In this document: positions 9,608 through 21,502 of the stretch, in pieces
How positions within the stretch are numbered: the first letter of the stretch is position 1
How the letters are laid out: each line of letters starts with the position of its first letter
From: Candidatus Eiseniibacteriota bacterium
Lineage (GTDB): Bacteria > Eisenbacteria > RBG-16-71-46 > CAVPCR01
Direction: 5' to 3'
DNA length: 64,000 bases
NCBI GenBank assembly: GCA_963702435.1
Contig: CAVPCR010000001.1
Location: 768,001 to 832,000 of the forward strand
Made by a program: the position numbers and the translations under genes
The notes under the pieces: generated by a model
Told to the model about the DNA's origin: nothing
Seen by the model: the letters and a program-made list of their open reading frames with translations, nothing else
Databases searched by the model: none

Positions 9608-10828
9608 ATGCAGTGGGCATCTGCCGTCTCCGAATCTCCTCGGTTCGATGAGGCCGTCGCCGCCGTCGCCCGCGACATCGCCGCCCAGATGCAGGGCCAG
9701 GCGATCGACGTGGCCCTCGCCTTCATCTCCCCGCATCACGCGGCCCACTTCCTGGAGCTCCCGGCGGCGCTCGCCCGCGCGATCCCCCATCGCCAGCTCG
9801 CCGGCTGCTCGGCCGGCGGGGTGATCGGCGGCGGGCACGAGGTGGAGCAGCGGCCCGGCCTCGCGGTCGTCACCGCGCACCTGCCCGAGGTGACCGTGAC
9901 GCCGATCCACATGGACGGCGACTCGCTCCCCGACCTCGACGGCAGCCCGCGGGCATGGCAGGACTCGATCGGCGTGCCGGGCGACCCGACTCCGCACTTC
10001 ATCGTCCTCGTCGATCCCTTCACCTTTCCCGCCGAGGATCTCCTGGCCGGGCTCGACTACGCCTATCCGGAGAGCCGCAAGCTGGGCGGGATCGCGAGCG
10101 GCGCCGAGCAACCGGGACAGAACGCGCTCTACGCCGGCGGCCGGGTGCATCGCGCCGGGGCGGTCGTCGTGGCGCTCGCGGGCAACATCGCGGTCGACAC
10201 GGTCGTCGCGCAGGGCTGCCGGCCGATCGGGAAGCCGATGCTGGTCACGCGCGCCGAGCGGAACATCCTCCTCAAGCTCGACGGCAAGTCGCCGCTCGAG
10301 GTGATCCAGGGGCTCGTCGAGGAGCTCTCGGCGGCCGATCGCCGGCTCGCCCAGCGCGCCCTCTTCCTCGGCATCGTGAAGGACGCCCTGATCACGGAGC
10401 CCGGGGCCGGGGATTTCCTCGTGCGCAACATCATCGGCGTCGATCCCGAGCGCGGCGCGCTGGCGATCGGCGAGATCCTCGAGGAGGGGCAGGTCGTGCA
10501 GTTCCAGCTCCGCGACGCCGAGGCGGCCGCCGCGGATCTGCGCGCGCTCCTCGGGCGGGCAGGCACGCCGGCGGCGGCGAGCGGCGCTCCGCAACATGCG
10601 GTCCCCCGCGGCGCGCTCCTGTTCTCCTGCCTCGGACGCGGCATGGGGCTCTTCGGCCGGCCCGACCACGACACGGAGCTCTTCCGGCGCCGCTTCCAGG
10701 ACGTGCCGGTCGGCGGCTTCTTCGCCAGCGGCGAGATCGGACCGGTCGGCGCGAGCACGCACCTGCACGGGTACACGAGCGCCTTCGGGATCTTCCGGCC
10801 GGTGCGCGAGAGCGCGGCCGCGGGCTGA
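9608..10828 (+). CDS. FIST N/C domain sensory protein
   Basis: GCSAGGVIG, VAQGCRPIG, LLFSCLGRG, GGFFASGEIGP, HLHGYT. Confidence 0.9.
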   Translation: MQWASAVSESPRFDEAVAAVARDIAAQMQGQAIDVALAFISPHHAAHFLELPAALARAIPHRQLAGCSAGGVIGGGHEVEQRPGLAVVTAHLPEVTVTPIHMDGDSLPDLDGSPRAWQDSIGVPGDPTPHFIVLVDPFTFPAEDLLAGLDYAYPESRKLGGIASGAEQPGQNALYAGGRVHRAGAVVVALAGNIAVDTVVAQGCRPIGKPMLVTRAERNILLKLDGKSPLEVIQGLVEELSAADRRLAQRALFLGIVKDALITEPGAGDFLVRNIIGVDPERGALAIGEILEEGQVVQFQLRDAEAAAADLRALLGRAGTPAAASGAPQHAVPRGALLFSCLGRGMGLFGRPDHDTELFRRRFQDVPVGGFFASGEIGPVGASTHLHGYTSAFGIFRPVRESAAAG

Positions 10829-10899
10829 CGAGGCGCGCAGACACGCGCTGACGAGGCGCGCAGACACGCGCTGGCGAGGCGCGGAGACACGCGCTGACG
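10824..10899. repeat. 23-bp direct tandem repeat, about 3.3 copies
   Basis: GCTGACGAGGCGCGCAGACACGC x2, a third copy with 2 mismatches, then GCTGACG; the first copy contains the FIST stop codon. Confidence 0.85.
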
Positions 10900-11218
10900 C
10901 CGTCCGGATCGGCAACGCAGCAAGGCCGGCGGCGAGGAGGACGCGGGGGGTCCCCGTTCCCCGCTCCACCTGCCACCGGCCGTGCTCGTGATGTGGGTGG
11001 CAGGCCGGGACCGGGCGGTCCGGATGGAATCCGGTTGCCTGGCCTCGCCCTGACCTCCCGGCCCCCACCCAGCTCGGTGCGCGAGAAGCGCTGGCGTCAG
11101 AGGTCCGACCGCGAGGGGGTCGGCTGCCGGCGGGGATGACCAGGAGACGGGCGAAGGGGCGGAGAAATACGGGGCGCGCGGCGGAGACGGGCGGGCAGCG
11201 GCGCGGCCGGCCGGGCGG

Positions 11219-12316
11219 CTAGCGCTGCGGCTCGATGATCACCTTGACCGATTCGCGCCCGTCGAGGACCAGCGCGAACCCCTCCCCGGTCGCGGCGAGA
11301 CCGAGGCGATGGGTGATCATCTCGCCCACCCGCACGCGGCGCGCGCGGATCAGCTCGAGCGCCTGCATGAGATCGGCGGGGCTCCCGGCGTAGGAGGTCG
11401 TGAGCGTCACGTCGTTCCGGAAGAAGAAGTCGTTGATCGAGACCGGCACGCGCGCCCCCTGCTCGGTCGGCGCGAAGAGGAGCACGGTGCCGCCGCGCTC
11501 GACCGCGCTCATCCCCTGCTCGACCGCCGCCGTGGCCCCGGCGCAGACGATGACGATATCGGCGAGCCGGCCCTCGTTGAGCGCGCGGACGCGCGCGGGC
11601 ACGTCCTCGCGCGCCGAGATCGCGTGCTCAGCGCCGAGGCGCCGCGCGAGCTCGAGCCGCTTCTCGACGAGATCCACCGCGATCACGCGCCCCGCCCCGA
11701 GCGCCGCGGCGGCCTGGATGTGCAGGAGCCCGGCGATGCCGCTGCCGATGACGAGGACCGTGTCGGCCGGCACGAGCTGCGCCCGGCGGAGCCCGCGCAC
11801 GACGCAGGCCAGCGGCTCGACGAAGGTGCCCTCCTCGAACGACACCGCGGCGGGCAGCCGGAACACGCCGCGATCCACGTGGATCGGCTCGAGGCGGAGG
11901 TACTCGGCGAAGCCGCCCGGGTGGAAGTGCGTGCGGCGGAGGGTCGGGCACACCGTGTGATCCCCGCGCCGGCAGTGGTGGCAGGTATTGCAGGGGACGT
12001 GATGGGTGGCGACCACGCGGTCGCCGACCGTGAAGCCCGTGACCCCCTCGCCCACCGCGGCCACCTCGCCGGTCACCTCGTGGCCGAGGACCACGGGCAC
12101 GCGGTCGCGCCGGTACCACTCCATGAGATCCGAGCCGCAAATGCCGCTCGCCACGACGCGCAGCAGCATCTCGCCGGGGCCGATCGCCGGCCGCGGGAGC
12201 GACTCGAGCCGCACGTCGCGGTTCGCGTAGTACATGGCGACGCGCATCGGCGCGCCGGGGGCGGCGCTCGTCACGCTCGTCACGCTCCCTGCCGGGCCGC
12301 CCCCCGCGGCGTTCAT
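11219..12316 (-). CDS. Zn-dependent MDR dehydrogenase (sorbitol/threonine dehydrogenase-like); alternative start 12247
   Basis: GICGSD, GHE, CNTCHHC..C, GSGIAG; ATGA overlap with the upstream lsrF-like gene. Confidence 0.88.
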   Translation of the reverse strand: MNAAGGGPAGSVTSVTSAAPGAPMRVAMYYANRDVRLESLPRPAIGPGEMLLRVVASGICGSDLMEWYRRDRVPVVLGHEVTGEVAAVGEGVTGFTVGDRVVATHHVPCNTCHHCRRGDHTVCPTLRRTHFHPGGFAEYLRLEPIHVDRGVFRLPAAVSFEEGTFVEPLACVVRGLRRAQLVPADTVLVIGSGIAGLLHIQAAAALGAGRVIAVDLVEKRLELARRLGAEHAISAREDVPARVRALNEGRLADIVIVCAGATAAVEQGMSAVERGGTVLLFAPTEQGARVPVSINDFFFRNDVTLTTSYAGSPADLMQALELIRARRVRVGEMITHRLGLAATGEGFALVLDGRESVKVIIEPQR

Positions 12317-13170
12317 ACGCGGACGGCCGGGCGGCCGCCGCGGGGCGCACCGCCGGCGCGAGCGGCCCCGGGCGCCGCGCTCTGCGCCCGCGCCTCATTG
12401 AAGACCGCCACCGCCTCGTCCACCGAGGCGTTCCCGTGGACGACGGCCACGAGCCCCTTGATCATGGCCACCGGATGGTCGTGCTGCCAGACGTTCCGGC
12501 CGAGGTTGACGCCGATCGCGCCCTTCTGGATCCCATCCCACACGAAGTGGAAGACCTCGCGCTCGGTGTCGCACTTCGGCCCGCCCGCGATCACGACCGG
12601 CACCGGGCAGCCCTCGACCACCTTCTCGAATCCGTCCTCGCACCAGTAGGTCTTGACCACGCGCGCTCCATGCTCCGCGCAGATGCGCGAGGCCAGGGCG
12701 AGATAGCGGGCGTCGCGCTTCTCCATCTCCCGGCCCACGGCGGTGACCGCCATCACCGGCATGCCCACCGGCTCCGCCTCGTTCACCAGCCGGGCGAGAT
12801 TGGCGATGGTCTCGTGCTCGTAGTCGCTGCCGACGAAGACCGAGAGACCGACCGCGGCGGCGTTCAGGCGCACCGCTTCCTCGATCGACGTGGTGACTGT
12901 CTCGTGGGCGAGATCGCGCCCGACCATGCTCGCGCCGCCGGAGACGCGGAGGATGATCGGCTTCTCGAAGGAAGGCGGCACGCAGGCGCGCAGCACGCCG
13001 CGCGTGACGAAGAGCGCATCGAGATGCGGGGCGAGCGGCGCGATCGCCTCCCACGGACGCTCGAGGCGGGTGGTCGGACCCTGGAAATAGCCATGATCGA
13101 CGGCGAGAAAGTAGCAGCGCCCGTCGGCGGGAATGACGCGCGCCAGGCGATTGGCCATGCCCCAGTCCAT
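12313..13170 (-). CDS. lsrF: LsrF-like thiolase / class I (DhnA-type) aldolase
   Basis: MDWGMANRL start, AVDHGYFQGPT, VVKTYWC, IAGGPK, GVNLGRNVWQ. Confidence 0.85.
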   Translation of the reverse strand: MDWGMANRLARVIPADGRCYFLAVDHGYFQGPTTRLERPWEAIAPLAPHLDALFVTRGVLRACVPPSFEKPIILRVSGGASMVGRDLAHETVTTSIEEAVRLNAAAVGLSVFVGSDYEHETIANLARLVNEAEPVGMPVMAVTAVGREMEKRDARYLALASRICAEHGARVVKTYWCEDGFEKVVEGCPVPVVIAGGPKCDTEREVFHFVWDGIQKGAIGVNLGRNVWQHDHPVAMIKGLVAVVHGNASVDEAVAVFNEARAQSAAPGAARAGGAPRGGRPAVRV

Positions 13171-13305
13171 GTCTTCACGTCTCCTGTCGATAGGAAGCGG
13201 GAGGATCCCGAACAGCCGCGCCAAGCGCGGCCGCAAGGCGACGCTCGGCACAAGGAGCGTCATTTTACCGGCTCGGGAACGGCCGGTCTATACTCGGTTC
13301 CGCCG

Positions 13306-14487
13306 ATGGATCCCATCTACAAGAGCGAGCTCAACAAGGACGTCAAGCCGGCCGCCGCCGGCGAGTTCGAGCCGATCGCGATCGGCCCGCTCGCGGTGTG
13401 GCCCCCGGTCGTCCTGGCGCCGATGGCCGGTGTCACCAACCCGCCCTATCGCACGCTCTGCCGGCGCTTCGGCGCGGGGCTCTACGTGAGCGAGATGATC
13501 ACGGCGCGCCCGCTCGCCGAGGGCCAGCGGCGGACGCTCCTCCGCGCGAGCTTCAACCCCGAGGAGACGACCCGGAGCCTCCAGCTCTACGGCGTCGATC
13601 CGCACTATGTCGGCGCGGCGGTCCAGTTCCTGGTCGGCGAGGGCCGCGTCGACCACATCGACATGAACTTCGGCTGCCCGGTCCGGAAGGTGACGCGGCA
13701 TGGAGGCGGCGCCGCGATCCCGCTCAAGCCGCGGCTTCTCCGCGCGATCGTGCGCGCCGCGGTCCGGAACGCGGGCCCGGTGCCGGTGACGATCAAGTTC
13801 CGGATCGGACTCAACGACCGCTACCAGACCTATCTCGACGCGGGACGGATCGCCGCGGAGGAAGGATGCGCGGCGGTCGGGCTCCATGCGCGCACGGCCG
13901 CCCAGCTCTACGCCGGAGAGGCCGACTGGTCGGCGATCGCGCGCTTGAAGGCGGCGGTGCCCGGGATCCCGGTGCTCGGGAACGGCGACATCTGGGAGGC
14001 GGAGGACGCGCTCCGCATGATGCGGACGACCGGATGCGACGGCGTCATCGTCGGCCGCGGCTGCCTGGGGCGGCCGTGGCTGTTCCGCGACCTGGCCCAC
14101 GTCTTCGCCGGTCAGGAGCCTCTGAACCCGCCCGCCCTCGGCGGCGTGATCGAGATCATGCTCGAGCACGCGCGGCTCCTCACCACCTGGCAGGGCGAGG
14201 CGGCCGCCATGCGCGCCTTCCGCAAGCACGCCGGCTGGTACACGAAGGGGTTCGCGCGCGGCTCGGCGCTCCGCGAGAAGCTCATGGCGGTCGAGACCCA
14301 GGCCGAGCTCGCCCGGGTCCTCGCCACGGCCGATCCCGCCCAGCCGTTCCCGCCGCACGCCATGCGCACGCGCCGCGGCAAGTCCGGGGGCACGCAGTCG
14401 GTGGCGCTCCCCCGCGGCTATCTCGACGATCTCGACGATGCGACGCCGCCCGGCGCCGCCGCCGAGGACGCGATCTCGGGCGGCTGA
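13306..14487 (+). CDS. dusB: tRNA-dihydrouridine synthase B
   Basis: VLAPMAGVT, DMNFGCP, LHART, GNGDI, GRGCLGRPW. Confidence 0.9.
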   Translation: MDPIYKSELNKDVKPAAAGEFEPIAIGPLAVWPPVVLAPMAGVTNPPYRTLCRRFGAGLYVSEMITARPLAEGQRRTLLRASFNPEETTRSLQLYGVDPHYVGAAVQFLVGEGRVDHIDMNFGCPVRKVTRHGGGAAIPLKPRLLRAIVRAAVRNAGPVPVTIKFRIGLNDRYQTYLDAGRIAAEEGCAAVGLHARTAAQLYAGEADWSAIARLKAAVPGIPVLGNGDIWEAEDALRMMRTTGCDGVIVGRGCLGRPWLFRDLAHVFAGQEPLNPPALGGVIEIMLEHARLLTTWQGEAAAMRAFRKHAGWYTKGFARGSALREKLMAVETQAELARVLATADPAQPFPPHAMRTRRGKSGGTQSVALPRGYLDDLDDATPPGAAAEDAISGG

Positions 14488-14511
14488 GGCGCCCGCACAC
14501 GCAGGAGAACG

Positions 14512-14628
14512 CTACTTCTTCTTCGCGTTGCCCTTGCCGCCCGCGCCCGGCCCGCACTTCCTGGCGAGCCCCGGCGGCAGCGACTTACCCGGCGCCGGCT
14601 GCCACGGCCCGGCCACGGCGAGGCTCAT
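14512..14628 (-). CDS. Possible 38-aa basic peptide containing LPPGLARK
   Basis: Manual translation MSLAVAGPWQPAPGKSLPPGLARKCGPGAGGKGNAKKK*, GGAG-rich upstream; too short for the ORF track. Confidence 0.3.
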   Translation of the reverse strand: MSLAVAGPWQPAPGKSLPPGLARKCGPGAGGKGNAKKK

Positions 14629-14805
14629 CTCCCAGCTCCCCTCCGGCGCCGGGCGAGTGGATGACGGTCCCCTGAGCGGCAGGCGCCTGGGACGGAAGCT
14701 CTCCTTTCGTCATCGACCGGCCCGCGTCCCGTCCTTAAGTCGCGGCGCCCCGGCTCCGGATCAGGCGCCCCGGGCTCGGGGCAAGGGCCCCAGGACCAAA
14801 CGCAA

Positions 14806-14838
14806 GCGGCGCGCGGGGCTTCACACCCCGCGCGCCGC
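14806..14838 (-). terminator. Intrinsic terminator of the OmpA-family gene
   Basis: 13-bp stem GCGGCGCGCGGGG/CCCCGCGCGCCGC followed on the minus strand by TTGCGTTT. Confidence 0.65.
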
Positions 14839-14887
14839 GCTGCATGGGGCAGGCCACGCTCGCGCGTGGCCTACCTGTCCCGAGGTC

Positions 14888-16318
14888 CTACTTCTTCGGG
14901 ACCTGCTTCTTGAGGACGTCCGTGTTGAGCACCTTGAACTCGACACGGCGGTTCATGGCCTTGCCCTCGGCGGTCTTGTTGTCACCGATCGGCTGCGTCT
15001 CGCCGTAGCCGACGACCGTGTACTGCGACGCGTTGAGGGTCGGGAACTTCCCCTTCAGGTAGTCGAGCACCGACTGGGCACGCGCCTGCGAGAGCTTCTG
15101 GTTCAGCGCATCGGAGCCCGAGGAGTCGGTGTGACCGCCGATCTCGACCTTGAGATCGGGCCAGTTCTTGAGCGCCTCGCCGACCGCATCGAGGGTCGCG
15201 TGGGACGCCGGAAGGAGGGTGGCCTTGCCCGTCGCGAACGTGATGTTCGAGATCCGGAGGAGGCCCGTGTCGAGGATCTGGGTCTGCATCGCCGTGCAGC
15301 CATTCGCATCGACCTGGGTCCCGGCCGGGGTGTTCGGGCAGAGATCCTTGCCGTCGCAGACGCCGTCGCCGTCCGAATCGGTCGGGCAACCGTTCGCATC
15401 CACGATGCAGCCAGCGCCCGTATCAGCGCACTGGTCCTTGCCGTCGCAGACGCCGTCGCCGTCCGAGTCGATCGGGCAGCCGTTCGCGTCGACGCGGCAA
15501 CCGGTCGGCGTATCGGCGCACTGGTCGAGGCCGTCGGCGATGCCGTCGCCGTCCGAATCGGTCGGGCAGCCCTTCGCATCCACCTTGGCGCCCGCCGGGG
15601 TGCCCGGGCACTGATCGATGCCGTCGAACACGCCGTCGCCGTCACCGTCGGTCGGGCAGCCGTCCTTGGCGACGGTCGCGCCCATCGGGGTGGCCGGACA
15701 CTTGTCCTTGCGATCGATGATGCCGTCCTTGTCCGCATCCGGCACGTGGCCGAAGAGATCGAACTGGAGGCCCGCGGTGTAGATGAAGTTGTGCCGCAGG
15801 TCGTCGTTCGAGGCGTCCGGGATGCGGTCGAGCATCATGTCGCGGAACTCGGTCCTGAGCCCGATGCGCTCGTTGAACATCCACTTGAGGCCGCCGCCGA
15901 CCTCCCACCCGTTGCGCGTGGCCGAGTCGTCCCCGCCCGGGAGAGTGGTCGAGTAGTCGACCTTGATCTCGGTCCACCCGGCGACGACGTAGGGAACGAC
16001 CCGCGCATGCGGCGCCAGGTTGATGATCAGATCGGCGCCGTAGGGATAGATGTCGAGGTCGTTGGCGAAGGGTCCCACGGTCTCGGCCGGGCTCATGCCG
16101 TAGTGGCCTTCCACGCCGAGCCAGGAATTGAAGAAGATCGCCAGCCGACCGCCATAGACAATGGCGTTCTCGGCCACCGGCCCTTCCTGCTCATCCCAGT
16201 CCGCGTAGCCGACGTAAGGCGTCAGGCCGATATGGAATCCGCTAACCCCCGCCTGCGCCGTCCCGAGCCATGCACAGCTCGCCAGCGCAAACAGCATCAG
16301 AGTCCGGCGCAAGTTCAT
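14888..16318 (-). CDS. OmpA-family outer membrane protein (beta-barrel + TSP3 repeats + OmpA-C)
   Basis: AAGGAGG RBS, signal peptide, barrel strands, DxDGDG repeats, IGGHTDS...LSQARA...NRRVEF. Confidence 0.93.
   Translation of the reverse strand: MNLRRTLMLFALASCAWLGTAQAGVSGFHIGLTPYVGYADWDEQEGPVAENAIVYGGRLAIFFNSWLGVEGHYGMSPAETVGPFANDLDIYPYGADLIINLAPHARVVPYVVAGWTEIKVDYSTTLPGGDDSATRNGWEVGGGLKWMFNERIGLRTEFRDMMLDRIPDASNDDLRHNFIYTAGLQFDLFGHVPDADKDGIIDRKDKCPATPMGATVAKDGCPTDGDGDGVFDGIDQCPGTPAGAKVDAKGCPTDSDGDGIADGLDQCADTPTGCRVDANGCPIDSDGDGVCDGKDQCADTGAGCIVDANGCPTDSDGDGVCDGKDLCPNTPAGTQVDANGCTAMQTQILDTGLLRISNITFATGKATLLPASHATLDAVGEALKNWPDLKVEIGGHTDSSGSDALNQKLSQARAQSVLDYLKGKFPTLNASQYTVVGYGETQPIGDNKTAEGKAMNRRVEFKVLNTDVLKKQVPKK
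15290..15739 (-). repeat. Five 90-bp (30-aa) thrombospondin type-3 Ca-binding repeats
   Basis: Unit D(S/G/A)DGDGxxDGxDQCxxTPxGxxVDAxGCPx repeated five times inside the OmpA gene. Confidence 0.85.
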
Positions 16319-16533
16319 TGTCAGGTCTCCTCCTTGAGTGGCGTCGCACGGGCGACGGGTATGGACAGCCGATCGGCCGGTAAGAGAATATGATCTTCGC
16401 CCGCTTGTCAAGAAGAGCAATTTATTGTGCTACAACAAGATACGGGCGCCAATCCGCTCTCTTCCGTGAATTTCTGCTGGCCCGGTCCTTCCGGGCCGAT
16501 TTTCTAGGGGCACCTTTTCGGCCATCCCCCGAT

Positions 16534-17052
16534 CTACTTGGTCTTGACCAGCGGAATCTCCGAGGCCAGCTCGTAGCCCACGATCGCGTCGAGCTTGTTC
16601 TCGATCTGGTAGAAACGGGCCAGCTTCTTCGGCGGGAGGACCTTCTTGAACTTCTTCATGTGGTCCTCGCGCACCGAGAGCTGCTTCTTCGAGATCTCCT
16701 GGAGTTCCTTGAGCATGGCCTCGGCCTGGAGATCGGTCATCGTCTCGTAGCTCTTGGCGTAGTCGGTGATGAGGGCGGCGCTGCGGTCCCCGACCTTGGC
16801 CATCTCGCCGCGGTACTCGCGATAGAGCGGCCAGAAGGCCTGGCTCTCGGCCTCGGTCATGTCCATGTTGGCGGCCACGATCGTCTGGCGCTCGGTCTGG
16901 ATCATCTGCCGCGTGAGCTGCATCGCATCCTCGACCGCACCTGACGTGGCGGCCGTGCCGGACGGGGCGGCCGTTCCCGACTGGGCCGCGGCCAGGCCGC
17001 AGAGGCTCAGGCCGAGCCCGGCGAGCAGGGCGATAACTCCAACAAGACGCAT
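16534..17052 (-). CDS. Periplasmic alpha-helical protein (Spy/CpxP-like)
   Basis: GGAGG RBS, signal peptide, MTEAESQAFWPLYREY...KKVLPPKKLARFYQIE. Confidence 0.65.
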   Translation of the reverse strand: MRLVGVIALLAGLGLSLCGLAAAQSGTAAPSGTAATSGAVEDAMQLTRQMIQTERQTIVAANMDMTEAESQAFWPLYREYRGEMAKVGDRSAALITDYAKSYETMTDLQAEAMLKELQEISKKQLSVREDHMKKFKKVLPPKKLARFYQIENKLDAIVGYELASEIPLVKTK

Positions 17053-17229
17053 CGGTGTGACCTCCTGGTTCGAACGTTCGCGAACTCACGCCATCTATAC
17101 AAGTGGCGCTGGAGGGTACAGGACCCCTCGTGGACGGTCAATGGCCCGCCCCGGGGGCACGGCAGGCTCAAGCCCGGCCCTCCGGGCGCAGATAACCCGA
17201 GGGCCGAGCGTACGCCGGGGAAAGGCCCG

Positions 17230-17931
17230 ATGTCTCAATTCGATCGCGCGATCGTCCTCTTCCTGAACCAGTTCGCCCAGCGGTCGTGGACCCTCGACCA
17301 GCTGGCGACCCTCTTCGCCACGACCGACATCATCAAGGGCGGGATCTTCGCGTCGTTCCTGTGGTGGGCGTGGTTCAGGACGGGGCCCGCGCCGAGGCGG
17401 GATCAGGAGATCGTGGTCGCCACGCTCGTCGGCTGCGCGGTCGCGCTCTTCGCGGCGCGCTACCTCGCGCTCACCCTGCCGCACCACGCGCGGCCGATCG
17501 CAGATCCGACGCTCGACTTCGTCCGGCCCTACGGCAAGATGCGGACCAGCCTCGAGCACTGGAACGCTTTCCCGAGCGACCACGCCGCGCTCTTCCTGGG
17601 CCTGGCGACCGGGATCTACCTGGTGTCGAGGCGCCTCGGCCTGTTCACTCTCGCCTACGCGCTCGTCGTCACCGGACTGGCGCGGATCTACCTCGGCCTC
17701 CACTACCCCTCGGACGTGATCGCCGGCGCCGCGCTCGGGGTCGGGACGGTCGGCCTCGCCGTCCAGGAGCGGGTGCGGCGGCCGCTCGCCCGCGCCGTGC
17801 TCGCCTGGCCACAGCGGCGCCCGGCGCTCTTCTACGCGCTCTTCTTCCTCGTGACCTACCAGATCGCGACGCTCTTCTTCGGACTGCGGACCATGGCCGC
17901 GTTCGTGGTCACCGTGCTCACGCGTTCCTAG
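17230..17931 (+). CDS. PAP2-family membrane phosphatase
   Basis: ARP, AFPSDHA, ARIYLGLHYPSDVIAG motifs; multiple TM segments. Confidence 0.88.
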   Translation: MSQFDRAIVLFLNQFAQRSWTLDQLATLFATTDIIKGGIFASFLWWAWFRTGPAPRRDQEIVVATLVGCAVALFAARYLALTLPHHARPIADPTLDFVRPYGKMRTSLEHWNAFPSDHAALFLGLATGIYLVSRRLGLFTLAYALVVTGLARIYLGLHYPSDVIAGAALGVGTVGLAVQERVRRPLARAVLAWPQRRPALFYALFFLVTYQIATLFFGLRTMAAFVVTVLTRS

Positions 17932-17965
17932 CCGGCCGGCCGGCGCGGGCCACGCACCCCCGGGC

Positions 17966-18744
17966 CTATCCGAAGCCGCCCTTCCCCGCACCGCCGTCTC
18001 CCCGCGCCGCGAGCGCGGCGCCGAGGTAATCGCGGTTCAGGCGCGCGATGAACTGGAGGCCGATCCCCTTCGGGCAGGCCGCCTCGCACTCGCCGTGATT
18101 GGTGCAGTTGCCGAAGCCCGCCTCATCCATCGCCCCGACCATCGCGAGCACCCGCTCGCGCCGCTCGGGCTGCCCCTGCGGCAGGAGCCCGAGGTGCGAC
18201 ACCTTGGCCGCCGTGAACAGCATGGCCGAGGCGTTCGGGCAGGCGGCGACACAGGCTCCGCAGCCGATGCAGGCCGCGGCGTCCATCGCCAGGTCGGCGT
18301 TCTCCTTGCGGACGGGAATCGCGTTGCCGTCGGGAGCGCTTCCGGTCGAGACCGAGATGAACCCGCCGGCCTGGACGATGCGCTCGAAGGCCCCGCGATC
18401 CACGATCAGATCGCGGAGCACGGGAAAGGCGCCGGCGCGCCAGGGCTCGATCCACAGCGCGTCGCCGTCCTTGAAGGTCCGCATGTGGAGCTGGCAGGTG
18501 GTGGTGAGCCGGCGCGGCCCGTGCGGGCGCCCGTTCACCACCATGCCGCAGGTGCCGCAGATCCCCTCGCGGCAATCGTGGTCGAAGGCGATCGGATCCT
18601 CGCCGCGGAGGATGAGGCCCTCGTTGACCACATCCAGCATCTCGAGGAAGGACATGTGCGGGCTCACGTCGCGCGCCTCGTAGGTGACGAAGCGCCCGCG
18701 GTCCGCCCGGTTCCGCTGCCGCCAGACGTGAAGGGTGAGGTTCA

Positions 18745-18745
<1 letters not shown>
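17966..18745 (-). CDS. sdhB: Succinate dehydrogenase/fumarate reductase Fe-S subunit
   Basis: [34 protein letters not shown]; start overlaps the sdhA stop (TGATG). Confidence 0.95.
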
Positions 18746-20658
<1,913 letters not shown>

Positions 20659-20692
20659 GGCAGTCGAGACCTCTTGGCGTAAGGGCGGCCGC

Positions 20693-21355
20693 CTAGCGCA
20701 CGACCCCGGTGAGCACGGCGACCGGGATCGAGATGTTCCCGATCACCACGATGAAGGTGAAGAAGGCGGCGGCGGCGCGCCGCCACGCGTTGTAGCGCGG
20801 GTGCTCGAGGCCGAGCGTCTGCACCATGCTCCACACCCCGTGGTACATGTGGAGGCCGAGCGCGAGCATGCAGGCGATGTAGGAGGCCGCCACCGGCCAC
20901 ACCCGGAACCCGGCGACGACGTTGTGATAGACATCGCCGGCCACGAAGTCGTGGTGCACCGAACCGACGGTGAGGTGGAGGAGATGGTAGACGACGAAGG
21001 CGGCGAGGAGCGGCCCGCTCCAGATCATGGTGCGCGAGGCGTAATCGGACGCCTCGTAGCGGAGCCGCCGGTAGCGCTCGGGACGGGCGGCCCGGTTCTC
21101 GAGGGCGAGGGTCACCGCGGCCCAGACGTGGAGGCCGACCGCGGCGAGGAGCACGCCGCGCACTACCCAGATCACCCCGCCGTGCCCCAGCTCGCGCAGG
21201 AGCTCCGCGTAGTGATTGAGCGCCGCCGGGCCCAGGTAGACCTGGAGGTTCCCGATCATGTGCCCGACCACGAACCCGAAGAGGACGATCCCGGTCACGG
21301 CCATCACCAGCTTGCGACCGACCGAGGACTCCAAGTAGAGGACCGCGCTGGTCAT
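20693..21355 (-). CDS. sdhC: Succinate dehydrogenase cytochrome b subunit
   Basis: [20 protein letters not shown], five TM helices with His ligands; upstream of sdhA. Confidence 0.9.
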   Translation of the reverse strand: MTSAVLYLESSVGRKLVMAVTGIVLFGFVVGHMIGNLQVYLGPAALNHYAELLRELGHGGVIWVVRGVLLAAVGLHVWAAVTLALENRAARPERYRRLRYEASDYASRTMIWSGPLLAAFVVYHLLHLTVGSVHHDFVAGDVYHNVVAGFRVWPVAASYIACMLALGLHMYHGVWSMVQTLGLEHPRYNAWRRAAAAFFTFIVVIGNISIPVAVLTGVVR

Positions 21356-21502
21356 CCTGATCTCCCGAGACTTGAAGGGCGCAAGAGCGGCGGGGAAGCG
21401 CGGGATTCTAGCTTCGCGCGCGGCCGAATGCAAACCGGATGCAGACCGCCCCCGGCGGCGGGCCGAGGGCGGCAGGAGGGCGCTTTGCTCGTGGCGGCGG
21501 CC

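Noticed and set aside
10824..10899. Possible CRISPR array
   Set aside because: The repeats are contiguous with no spacers, and there are no cas genes in the window
16385..16411. sigma70 promoter for ompA (TTGACA...TATTCT, minus strand)
   Set aside because: The spacer is only 15 nt; plausible but not supported well enough to list as a feature
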